Assembly (NCBI GenBank): GCA_965218435.1
Contig: CBDCKW010000009.1
Span: forward strand, 3,424,001-3,488,000
From: Truepera sp.
GTDB lineage: Bacteria > Deinococcota > Deinococci > Deinococcales > Trueperaceae
Reading direction: 5' to 3'
DNA length: 64,000 nucleotides
The translations under genes were made by a program, and so were the position numbers. This document shows, piece by piece, positions 29,795 to 38,278 of this stretch (the stretch's first letter is position 1; each line of letters opens with the position of its first letter). Below the pieces are notes generated by a model. It worked only from the letters and a program-made list of their open reading frames with translations. It did no database searches and was not told the DNA's origin.

Positions 29795-30419
29795 GCCGCG
29801 CCCCTTCGATAATCAGGTTGACCTCGGCTACTTCTTCTTGACTGACCGTATGACCCATTCCCGGATAGATACGCGCGTCTACCTTCGCGCCGAGTCCTTT
29901 GAGCACACCGGCTGACAGCATCACCCGCGCTTCGGGAATGTGCTCGTCCACGGCTCCACAACCTAAAAAGACCGGTGTGCCGCCCAGTGAACCCTGATAG
30001 TCGTACATTCCGCCATCCGGCCCGATAAGACCACCGGAAAGTGCAACTACGCCGCCGTAAATTGCGGGGTTACGAGCGGCAAACTCGAGGGCCAAACATG
30101 CACCCTGTGAAAACCCCATGAGCACGATGTTTTCGCGGGCAAACCCGGCTGACTCTAAGTCTGAAAGCGCGTCTTGCACCGCCTTAAGTGCTTGTGAAAG
30201 GTAAGGCTCGTTGTGCTCGAGGGGCTCTAAAAATGACTCGGGATACCAGGCGCTATGTTCAGCTTGCGGCGCGGCGTAGATGACGTTGTCGGTTTCTAAC
30301 ACGTCGGTCAGGCCGAGAATCCCGTCTGCCGAGTCGCCGCGTCCGTGCAGGAGCAGTACGGCAGCTCTCGCGGTTTCGGGTACGCCTGCAAAGGTGAGTT
30401 TGTGGCCGTCGTGCGCCAC
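29787..30419 (-). CDS. Phospholipase/carboxylesterase (MhqD-like)
   Basis: LLHGRG, WYP.SFL, GFSQGA, YPGMGH. Confidence 0.88.
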   Translation of the reverse strand: MAHDGHKLTFAGVPETARAAVLLLHGRGDSADGILGLTDVLETDNVIYAAPQAEHSAWYPESFLEPLEHNEPYLSQALKAVQDALSDLESAGFARENIVLMGFSQGACLALEFAARNPAIYGGVVALSGGLIGPDGGMYDYQGSLGGTPVFLGCGAVDEHIPEARVMLSAGVLKGLGAKVDARIYPGMGHTVSQEEVAEVNLIIEGARRA

Positions 30420-30490
30420 TACGCGCCTGCCAGCTTTTGGGAGAAATGGAGCTCGAGCGGGTCTTGATAGTTGAATGGGGTCATAGACAT
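30419..30490 (-). CDS. 23-aa ORF MSMTPFNYQDPLELHFSQKLAGA coupled to the esterase gene (leader peptide or gene relic)
   Basis: SD-like GAAAGG directly upstream of the first ATG and well spaced for the second; its TAG overlaps the esterase GTG by 1 nt. Confidence 0.4.
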   Translation of the reverse strand: MSMTPFNYQDPLELHFSQKLAGA

Positions 30491-30654
30491 CCTTTCAAAA
30501 AACTACCTTCAAAGATAGCTTATACGCGCACCTAAAACTGTGGGACGCCCACGAAAATGTCTGCTCGAGGGCTTTTAACCCAGTTTCGGCTCAGCGCGGC
30601 ATGTCACCAAGGCGTGCGACGGGTACGCCTCAGACAGCTTGCTAGACTAATTGC

Positions 30655-31992
30655 ATGACTACAGCCCTTGTCAACCCTCCGCGCATCACCGTGATCGGCG
30701 CTGGTATGGCCGGTTCCGACGCCGCTTTTGCCGCCGCCAACTTAGGCGTCCACGTTGACCTCTATGAGATGCGCCCAACGAAGACGACGCCCGCGCACCG
30801 CACCGGCAGCTTCGCCGAGCTGGTCTGCTCAAACTCGTTTGGGGGTGAGGGCGAAACGAACGCCAAGGGCCTGTTACAGCGCGAAATGCTCGCGGCGGGT
30901 GGCCTGGTAATGAGCACCGCGCACGCCACGCGGATTCCGGCAGGGGGCGCGCTCGCCGTTGACCGCGACGCGTTCGGGGAGAAGGTCACGGCGGCACTGA
31001 CCGAGCATCCGAACATCACCGTTCATAAAGAAGAGCTGACGCGGATTCCTGAAGGCATCGTCGTGATCGCGTCGGGGCCACTGACTTCGGACGCGTTGGC
31101 TGAACATTTACGTGAGGTTATCGGTGAGGACTTTCTGGGTTTTTACGACGCGGCGGCTCCGGTCATTGACGTGGATTCGGTAGATATGAAGGTTGCCTAC
31201 CGCAAGGGCCGCTACGGGCAGGCGGCGGATTATCTGAACTTGCCGTTTGATAAGGAGCAATATGAACGGTGGTACGAGGCGCTCACCAACGCACGGCAGC
31301 ACACGCCGCACGATTGGGAAAACTTGGAGTTCTTTGAAGGGTGTATGCCCATCGAAGAGATGGCGCGGCGCGGCGCGGACACGCCCCGCTTTGGGCCACT
31401 GAAACCGGTGGGGCTCGAGCATCCCTACACCGGCCAACGCTTTTACGCGGTGGCGCAGCTCCGACAAGAGGACGTGCGCGGGCAGATGTGGAGCTTGGTC
31501 GGGTTCCAAACCGGGCTCAAATGGGGCGATCAAAAGGAAGTCTTACAGCTGATTCCAGGCTTGGAAAATGTCGAGGTAGTGCGTTACGGCGTCATGCACC
31601 GTAATACCTATTTGAATGCACCAAAACTCCTGACGCCTGAACTGAACTTGCGTGAGCATCAGAACTTGTTTGTGGCGGGGGTGTTAGCTGGGACGGAAGG
31701 GTATCTCGAGTCCTCTGCCACAGGTTGGCTGGCCGGGAGTAATGCTGCGCGTAAGGCTCTCGGTTTAGAACTGCTGTTACCTCCGGAAACGACGATGCTG
31801 GGTGGGTTGGTGCGCTACCTGGTAACGGCGAACTCTGAGAACTTTCAGCCGATGAACGCGAATTGGGGGCTGGTACCGACGCTGCCGAAGCAGAAGCAGG
31901 AGGGGAAAAAGGAGCGGCGGATGCGGACGTTTGCGCGGGGGTGGGAGGATTTTCAGGAGTGGATAGACAAAGCAGTAGCCGTAGGAGTTTAA
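30655..31992 (+). CDS. trmFO: Folate/FAD-dependent tRNA m5U54 methyltransferase
   Basis: ELVCSNS, PAGGALAVDR, FYDAAAP, FEGCMPIE, RYGVMHRNTY, FQPMNAN. Confidence 0.96.
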   Translation: MTTALVNPPRITVIGAGMAGSDAAFAAANLGVHVDLYEMRPTKTTPAHRTGSFAELVCSNSFGGEGETNAKGLLQREMLAAGGLVMSTAHATRIPAGGALAVDRDAFGEKVTAALTEHPNITVHKEELTRIPEGIVVIASGPLTSDALAEHLREVIGEDFLGFYDAAAPVIDVDSVDMKVAYRKGRYGQAADYLNLPFDKEQYERWYEALTNARQHTPHDWENLEFFEGCMPIEEMARRGADTPRFGPLKPVGLEHPYTGQRFYAVAQLRQEDVRGQMWSLVGFQTGLKWGDQKEVLQLIPGLENVEVVRYGVMHRNTYLNAPKLLTPELNLREHQNLFVAGVLAGTEGYLESSATGWLAGSNAARKALGLELLLPPETTMLGGLVRYLVTANSENFQPMNANWGLVPTLPKQKQEGKKERRMRTFARGWEDFQEWIDKAVAVGV

Positions 31993-32060
31993 AAACATTT
32001 CCGAGAACTATTCTGAATTGAGCACTAGAATGGGCTTGCCTGATCTTCGGGGTCACTTCT

Positions 32061-32090
32061 GAGCGACGCACTTGTTGCGGTGCGTCGCTC
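32061..32090. terminator. 11-bp-stem hairpin between convergent trmFO and lipoprotein genes
   Basis: GAGCGACGCAC-N8-GTGCGTCGCTC. Confidence 0.7.
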
Positions 32091-32108
32091 TCCGGTTTCG
32101 GCGGGTCG

Positions 32109-33878
32109 TTAGAACCCTGGGGCTACAGGTTCGCTATTTCGATATGCTTCGAACTGCGGATTTCTATCGAACCACTCCGAACGTTTCTGATGCCAAAGGT
32201 TAATCAGACTGGTTCTGCTAACTGTAGACGTTGGATATTTGACTGTAAAGCATCCGGCAGGGAGATCAGCAACGTCCGAGTTAAGCCTATTGATATAGGT
32301 TTGATCGCTGCCTAAGTAGATGACAAGGTTGTTGCGGCAACCAGTTTCGTCAAAAGCATCCCACGATGAGGCATAAGTGGTATTGCCGTTTTTCTCGGTA
32401 TTAATATGACCACTATTTTCCTTCGTTATAAGAAAAACATTATCTTGCAGCGTAAGGCGACAACCTTTTCTAGCGTAGTAGGTAATTGTTCCATCATTCT
32501 TCTTCGTATCCTGATTCCACTTAAAAAGTTGATAGTGTCCAGGCGTGCCTTTAGTCGGGTCTACGTTGGACTCAGTTGCTGTACCGTGTTGCGGCCTGAG
32601 TGCCAGCAAGCTATTTTTGATAGTGAAGGGCACGTTCGCTTCTACAGCCGTAGTCCCTTTGCGGCAGGAGAAACCTGTATAGGCCCAGTCAACGAGAACA
32701 TTGTCCACCACACCGGCGTTAAAAAAGTCGCTTTCGACGGCATCATCACCCGCATGTCTGACATACGAGTCTCTTACCGTCCATCCGCTCGTATCCCTCT
32801 TGATAGCAAAGGCGTCCCCAGTTGTGCCTATAGCAACATTCTCAATTGTGGTATTTTTGCTACCACCAGCACTGAGGTCGCCGAAGTTTGGAACGCCAAC
32901 TAAGATGCCGTTTCGTGCGTGGAACGCCCCATCTTTTGAACATTTCGCTTTTTCTGCATCGGTTGCGTTAAGGTAGCTGCAATCCCAAACGGAGTTGTCC
33001 CCATTAGCAAGATTAGGCGCATAGAACCCACTGGAAAGACATAGATAACCCGCCGGATTTCCAACAATCTCTAGTCCTTGCACCCCACTAAATCTAGACC
33101 CCTTAGCGTTGACACCCGTTTTAGCAGGCTGTCCGGTCAGTTTTTTCCCGGTGTAGGTTTGATTCATCCAGTTCACTATGTTGGTTGAGCCGGTTAGACA
33201 TGATGCTCCGGTAGTCGTTGGTAAGGCATATATAACCTCGAGCGCAGGCTTACTACCAGGCGTTCCCTCGAACGACTCAGCGATGCGGCTGCCCGTGCCT
33301 TCAATCGCAAATGTGAGTGAATCAACTGCACCGTTGTTAATTAGCGGCTGAACCAGCGAGCTCAGGTCGGGCGACTTGACTTCGGGACTCTGAAGCGTCA
33401 TTGTCGTCTTCCATGACGGCACAGCCCAAGAGACGAATGTGTTGGTGAGGGAGCGTGAGGTGATGTCCTTGTTGGTTGTCTTAAAGGTATTCGACGTATA
33501 GCTGCTATGCATCCGAATTGACATCGTTGCAGAGCCGTTACTATCGGCTCTTGGCAAGAAATATAAGTTAGCCGACTTTATAACAGCACCTTTTGGAATA
33601 CCCAAGTTCGTAAATCTAACGCCGACAGCAGTGCTACCACTCGCGTTCGAACCGAGATCGAGGTCGGTGCTATCTAATACCATCGTGCCTGTACTCAACG
33701 TTTCTTCAGCATCGTCGGTGGCTATAGCTATTCTTTGCCACGCTGTTGAGTCTGCTTGGGAGGTAAGTTCAGGTTCCTGAATTCCTGGCGAAGTTTGAAG
33801 ACCGCTACTACACGCCGCTAAGATGAGAATCGCGGAGAATGCGGTGCCTAGAGTAGTTCCATCTTTACGCTTCAACAT
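32109..33878 (-). CDS. Surface lipoprotein: N-terminal beta-sandwich (DDAEE...GVRF..IPKGA.I) plus C-terminal right-handed beta-helix-like domain
   Basis: Lipobox LAAC; WTVRDSYVRHAGDDAVESD, VLVDWAYTGFSCR shared with the neighbouring paralog. Confidence 0.7.
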   Translation of the reverse strand: MLKRKDGTTLGTAFSAILILAACSSGLQTSPGIQEPELTSQADSTAWQRIAIATDDAEETLSTGTMVLDSTDLDLGSNASGSTAVGVRFTNLGIPKGAVIKSANLYFLPRADSNGSATMSIRMHSSYTSNTFKTTNKDITSRSLTNTFVSWAVPSWKTTMTLQSPEVKSPDLSSLVQPLINNGAVDSLTFAIEGTGSRIAESFEGTPGSKPALEVIYALPTTTGASCLTGSTNIVNWMNQTYTGKKLTGQPAKTGVNAKGSRFSGVQGLEIVGNPAGYLCLSSGFYAPNLANGDNSVWDCSYLNATDAEKAKCSKDGAFHARNGILVGVPNFGDLSAGGSKNTTIENVAIGTTGDAFAIKRDTSGWTVRDSYVRHAGDDAVESDFFNAGVVDNVLVDWAYTGFSCRKGTTAVEANVPFTIKNSLLALRPQHGTATESNVDPTKGTPGHYQLFKWNQDTKKNDGTITYYARKGCRLTLQDNVFLITKENSGHINTEKNGNTTYASSWDAFDETGCRNNLVIYLGSDQTYINRLNSDVADLPAGCFTVKYPTSTVSRTSLINLWHQKRSEWFDRNPQFEAYRNSEPVAPGF

Positions 33879-33988
33879 GTTTATCCTCTCAAGTACTCTC
33901 AGCCAAAAGTTATGGAAGACTTTGAGTCTGCTGTCAGCACAACCTGAACATAAGTGAGTGAAGATAAATCAAGCCAACTTGCTGTAGA

Positions 33989-34020
33989 AATCAAGAGGCA
34001 GTATATGCTGCCTCTTGATT
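33989..34020 (-). terminator. 13-bp-stem hairpin between the two lipoprotein genes
   Basis: AATCAAGAGGCAG-N6-CTGCCTCTTGATT. Confidence 0.75.
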
Positions 34021-34037
34021 AATCTCGAGTTTCACGT

Positions 34038-35657
34038 TTAGTTTACTCCTGGCTCCTTCAGGTTCTTGTAGGAGAAAATTTGTGAGTTTCCACTATGCCT
34101 ATCGAACCAAGCCGTGCGTTTCTGCTGCCAGAAGCTAGTTGCGGTAGACCCTTGCACAAGCTTGAAACAGTCTGAACCAAACCTGCTTCTCAAAGCTGCA
34201 AGCCTACTTGCGCTAGTCTTATTATTAGTGTTGTAGTCACCGCTACCTGTATAGACTAGAGTAACATTGCTACACTCGGTGACATAATCAGTTGGGCTCT
34301 GAGTTGATCTGAATACGTCATTGCTGAGTTGCATATAAAAAACGGTGTTTTTGAGACGTAGTTTACAATTGGGCTTGCTATCTTGCTCGAATTTGAACAT
34401 AAAGAGGTGGTTGGGGTTGTTTGGGTTTAACCCTCCAGAAGTACCCACCTGCTTCTTCAGTGCAATTAAGCTGTCCTGAACAGTCACAGTACCGGGAGGA
34501 TTTAGTGACGGATTGCTGTCTCCACGGCATGAAATGCCCATGTATGCCCAGTCCACTAAGACATCATCTATAAGACCATTGTACTTGGGATCGTTTTCTG
34601 CAAAGTCGTCGCCAGCATGTCGAACATACGAATCACGTATAGTCCAATTATTTGCGTTACCTCTATAGCTTTTGAAAGAGAAGGCGTCACCTGTTTGCTG
34701 TATAGCTATATTTTCGAGGATAACGCTGGGCGAATTTACGACTGTGACGGCGAAGTCATTATGATAACCAGGGTCTGCCCATTGGAGGTTATCACTCTCA
34801 CCAGTATCGAATTTTCCTCCCGAAAGGCACAAGTTGGACTTGTTGTCTTGCACGGTGAGAATTGATACGCCTCCATTAGAGTTTGGCCGCACAGTAAAAG
34901 TCTTGCCGGTTGCGCTGACTCGAGCATCAAGGTCTTTGCCTTGAACATAGTATTGTTTACCTGTTGGACTGATGTTATAGATATTGCTCGCGCCTTGTAG
35001 ACAAGAGGTAGAAGGAGGTGGGGGGACATCATAAGTCACAGTCAGCTTAGCAGCGTTGGCGCTGTTACCGTCATAAGAAGAAGCTTTGCGTTGACCAGAG
35101 CCTGCAATAATGAAGGCCATCGCGTTACCTGAAGCCCAGCTTGACTGATTGACCAGTTCTTGCACGACCGACCGAAAGTCAACCGTGCTGTAAGTGTTGC
35201 CACTTGTCCAAGCACCTGGCACCCAGTTGGTTACCGCTGTTGTTTTGGGGCGAGCACTGATCTGCGGATAGCTAGAAGTGAATTCGGGTGCGTTAGCTTC
35301 TTTGTCACCGCGAACAGTCAACGATGTTGACCTAGATGTGTTCGTAACGGCGACGAATTCAAGTTTAGCACCTGTAATGGTTGCACCTTTAGGAATGTTG
35401 ATACCGGTGAAACGAAGCCCTGTTTGTTGAGGTTCGGACTTCTCACCGAGGTCGAGAACTGTGCTGTCGCTATAATAAGGTCCGCTGGACTGCTCTTCTG
35501 CGTCACTAACGGCGTTAGGAACCGTTTTGGTAACTGTAGTAGCTTGGGTAGTCAAAGTAGGCTCTTTGTCTGGAGTATCAGTCTGAAGACCACTACTGCA
35601 CGCCGCTAGGAGAGCCAAAGTTGCCACCAATGAACTAAGTTTCAGCCAAGATTTCAT
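34038..35657 (-). CDS. Surface lipoprotein paralog (same two-domain architecture)
   Basis: Start MKSWLK after AGAAGGG; LAACSSGLQT; WTIRDSYVRHAGDDFAEND, VLVDWAYMGISCR. Confidence 0.72.
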   Translation of the reverse strand: MKSWLKLSSLVATLALLAACSSGLQTDTPDKEPTLTTQATTVTKTVPNAVSDAEEQSSGPYYSDSTVLDLGEKSEPQQTGLRFTGINIPKGATITGAKLEFVAVTNTSRSTSLTVRGDKEANAPEFTSSYPQISARPKTTAVTNWVPGAWTSGNTYSTVDFRSVVQELVNQSSWASGNAMAFIIAGSGQRKASSYDGNSANAAKLTVTYDVPPPPSTSCLQGASNIYNISPTGKQYYVQGKDLDARVSATGKTFTVRPNSNGGVSILTVQDNKSNLCLSGGKFDTGESDNLQWADPGYHNDFAVTVVNSPSVILENIAIQQTGDAFSFKSYRGNANNWTIRDSYVRHAGDDFAENDPKYNGLIDDVLVDWAYMGISCRGDSNPSLNPPGTVTVQDSLIALKKQVGTSGGLNPNNPNHLFMFKFEQDSKPNCKLRLKNTVFYMQLSNDVFRSTQSPTDYVTECSNVTLVYTGSGDYNTNNKTSASRLAALRSRFGSDCFKLVQGSTATSFWQQKRTAWFDRHSGNSQIFSYKNLKEPGVN

Positions 35658-35797
35658 ACTTTCCCTTCTACATTCTTGCCGTAACGCCTGCGGACAACGT
35701 TCGTTTGGCGCGGTTGAGCTGTGAATTGCAAAAACACGCCCCCGATCAGCATTCAAGCTGACCCCGTTAGCAACCTCCTTTTCTACTCAACGAAGCT

Positions 35798-35913
35798 AAG
35801 GTAACAAAGCGAAGTTACATAGTCGTTACTTACCAGCTGGCTGTAGCGCAACTAGTCAGGTAACAAAACGGTAATCACCGGGTAACGCTTTGTTAACGAA
35901 CACCTGCCAAACT
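35798..35913. promoter_or_regulatory. Divergent promoters with 11-bp-phased GTAAC direct repeats
   Basis: + strand GGTAAC/GGTAAT/GGTAAC/GTTAAC at 35859, 35870, 35881, 35892; - strand GTAAC (GTTAC on +) at 35825 and 35814; each array lies 10 nt from a TG-extended -10-like hexamer. Confidence 0.65.
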
Positions 35914-35949
35914 TGTAATCAGCTAGGACAATAAAGAAGGGGTGAACTG

Positions 35950-36102
35950 ATGAGCAAAATAGGTAGGGTTTTGCTAAGTATTTTACTCTTGACGAGCTTG
36001 GGGCTCTCCATGGCCGCAAATTCTAGCAGTTTAGGTGTGGGAAACGGTTCTAATGTACCTAAGCAAAGTCCGATCGTTTCGGTGTCTGCCAAAAGAAATT
36101 AG
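35950..36102 (+). CDS. 50-aa secreted peptide, putative signalling-peptide precursor
   Basis: MSKIGRVLLSILLLTSLGLSMAANSSSLGVGNGSNVPKQSPIVSVSAKRN; SD AAGAAGGGGTG; Sec-type signal; stop overlaps the regulator stop. Confidence 0.65.
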   Translation: MSKIGRVLLSILLLTSLGLSMAANSSSLGVGNGSNVPKQSPIVSVSAKRN

Positions 36103-37829
36103 ATATCGAGTTCTAGCCGGACTCGAGCACGCCTGCCCGCTGCGACACTGCGGCGAGGGTCTTCTGCCGGAAAACGCTGCGTCAGCTCTTCCCACAGTTC
36201 CAGGTCAAAAGGCATGATTTGCGCCAGTTCCCAGATAGCTTCTATATTTCCAGAGTCGGTGACAGCGGTATGAAGTTCGGCTTCTAACAGCCCTCTGAGA
36301 TGAACGATCTCCGGGGCGGTTGACTGCGGGAGCAGGGGACCTCGATACATCTTTATCGCGTCATAAAACTTTCCTTGGCCGAGATAAGTCTCGAGTTCGG
36401 CGACGTCCGACCATACGGATGACATAAGCCGGTACGGGCGCGAGCTTATCTCCACCCCTGCTTCTTTGCGTAGTCGGTGCAACTCGACTCTTAACGATGC
36501 TGTTTGTGATTCTCCGTAGAGTGCTTCACTTAAAGCCTCAGCGTCGTAACCGCTGGGCCGTAGCGCGAGTAAGGTCAGCAGTTCCAGACTGCGGCTTCTA
36601 ACCGTTATAGGGCTGCCTTGGAGATAGAGTTCAGCCCTGCCTAGTGTAAAAAGACGAAGTGAGCGGACGCTCGCAAGCGTAGCTTGTGATTCGCTAAAGG
36701 CTGCTCCGGCCAGTAAACGTATCCCTGTAAGGGTCAGTAAGGTTTTTGCATTGTCTATTGCGGCTCTGATAGATGTTCTGGCACTGTCGTTCTGAAAATC
36801 TAAGGGGTCGAGGTACAAAGCTGACTCTGTTGCCAATAAATTGTTTCTACCCTTGCCGGCAAAAAACTGGTGGGCGCTGAGGAGGTGCCCCACGGCTTCT
36901 TCAGAAGGCCATAGTGAGATGCCTAGGGCTAACCGAGCACGTTGCTGATGATATTCAGAGAGAGAATCCGTCACTGAAAGTGTTGCCTCAGCTTGTCTCT
37001 GCGCCTCTTCCGGCCGGTTCAGCGCATATAGCGCCCTTACATAACCGTGAGTCAGCCAAGACCTCAGAGCCCTGGGAGCTTGCGCAAGTTCCTGCTGGTA
37101 AACCCGTAAGGCGTCGTCATAACGTTCGGTCGCTTGATAAAGGTCTGCTAACGTTGATCTTAGTAGTGCTTTCTGCCGTGAATGAGCTGAGTTGCCCACC
37201 GCTTCGTCGGCTTTTATGAGTTCTTCCTCAAGCCCCTCAAGGCTACCGGTCAAGATTTGCAAGTAGGCTTGGAAGTTGACGATGATCAGCGTCAAGCCCG
37301 GATGCGCTGTTCTGTCCCTCGCAAACTGGAGCCACCCCAAAGCTTTTTTGAAGCTTCCCATATCCGTATAGGCGGTAGCAAGGGCGGCTGCATTTCTGGC
37401 TTCGGCGTAGACGTCGCCTACCTCTTCAGCGGCTATCAAAGAGGCTTGCAGTGCTCGCAAACGAGCCTGAGGATCGGCAGAAGCCAAGCCCAAATGATAC
37501 ATCGTGTGCGCAGTCGCGCGTAACTTGGTCGCCGCTACCGCCTTGCGGTAGTAACCTTCGTCATCCCCCTGGTAGGACTGCAACAGGCCCTCGAGCACGG
37601 TAAGGTCAGCTTTTTCGTCATCACTCACACTAGAAAGTGCGCGGGCAAGGTGTTGACGGGCAAGCATGCTCTGGTCGAGGTTGATAAGCGCCGCTACGAC
37701 ATAAAAAGTTACCCCTTCGGGCCAAGGGGCAGGCAGCTGTCTGCTGAACTCTATAACCTCTTGGTTGAGGCCCCGGGCAAAAAGTTGACGAATAGTTAGG
37801 TAAGCTTTTTGGTCAATAGGCTCTGACAC
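36099..37829 (-). CDS. Transcriptional regulator: TPR-like helical N-terminus plus C-terminal OmpR/SARP-type winged helix and BTAD-like segment
   Basis: LRLFTLGRAEL, SLELLTLLAL.P.G, LSEALYG, SLRVELHRLRK, SDVAEL, YRGPLLP. Confidence 0.75.
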   Translation of the reverse strand: MSEPIDQKAYLTIRQLFARGLNQEVIEFSRQLPAPWPEGVTFYVVAALINLDQSMLARQHLARALSSVSDDEKADLTVLEGLLQSYQGDDEGYYRKAVAATKLRATAHTMYHLGLASADPQARLRALQASLIAAEEVGDVYAEARNAAALATAYTDMGSFKKALGWLQFARDRTAHPGLTLIIVNFQAYLQILTGSLEGLEEELIKADEAVGNSAHSRQKALLRSTLADLYQATERYDDALRVYQQELAQAPRALRSWLTHGYVRALYALNRPEEAQRQAEATLSVTDSLSEYHQQRARLALGISLWPSEEAVGHLLSAHQFFAGKGRNNLLATESALYLDPLDFQNDSARTSIRAAIDNAKTLLTLTGIRLLAGAAFSESQATLASVRSLRLFTLGRAELYLQGSPITVRSRSLELLTLLALRPSGYDAEALSEALYGESQTASLRVELHRLRKEAGVEISSRPYRLMSSVWSDVAELETYLGQGKFYDAIKMYRGPLLPQSTAPEIVHLRGLLEAELHTAVTDSGNIEAIWELAQIMPFDLELWEELTQRFPAEDPRRSVAAGRRARVRLELDI

Positions 37830-37835
37830 GTAGTC

Positions 37836-38081
37836 TCACGCTCCTATATCGTCTGAAGCTAGCTCGGTGTGGCCCTCACCCAAGCTCAGCCGAGCGGCAT
37901 ATTCAGACGCCCTTGCAAGTTGACCAAGTAGCGTCGTTTTACCGTAACCGGACGGGGCTGGCAACACTAAAAGATTGGCGTCGGAGGCTCGGATAAGGCG
38001 GTCTAAAAGACTACTGTGCGCGATTTCAGCTTGAAGCGGGCGTAGCCACAAATCTGTGTGATTTTGTAAGCATTTGGTCAT
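37836..38081 (-). pseudogene. Truncated N-terminus of a MalT-like STAND ATPase regulator
   Basis: LLDRL...LLVLPAPSGYGKTTLL Walker A, then stop at 81 aa, 6 nt before the regulator start. Confidence 0.6.
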
Positions 38082-38278
38082 ATTCCCCCAATCCGTATGA
38101 TCACAGCTTAGCTAACTTTGTTGCTGCAAAGCAGTTAATTAAGCGTCACTCTAGCGCGGCGAACTTAAGGCTGACTGAAGACTAATTGCCTTTGCTAAAC
38201 AGCTGACGTAACAAGCTGCGTACAAGCGTGGTGCCTGATGAGGCGCAGCTACGTTAGACTTGGGGCCAGAGGTGGTTT

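Noticed and set aside
35658..35756. Extended N-terminus of the lipoprotein from TTG at 35756
   Set aside because: It would bury the signal peptide; ATG at 35657 has an SD and gives a normal lipoprotein signal.
36035..36217. 60-aa + strand ORF
   Set aside because: Overlaps the regulator antisense and has no SD; the 35950-36102 frame is better supported.
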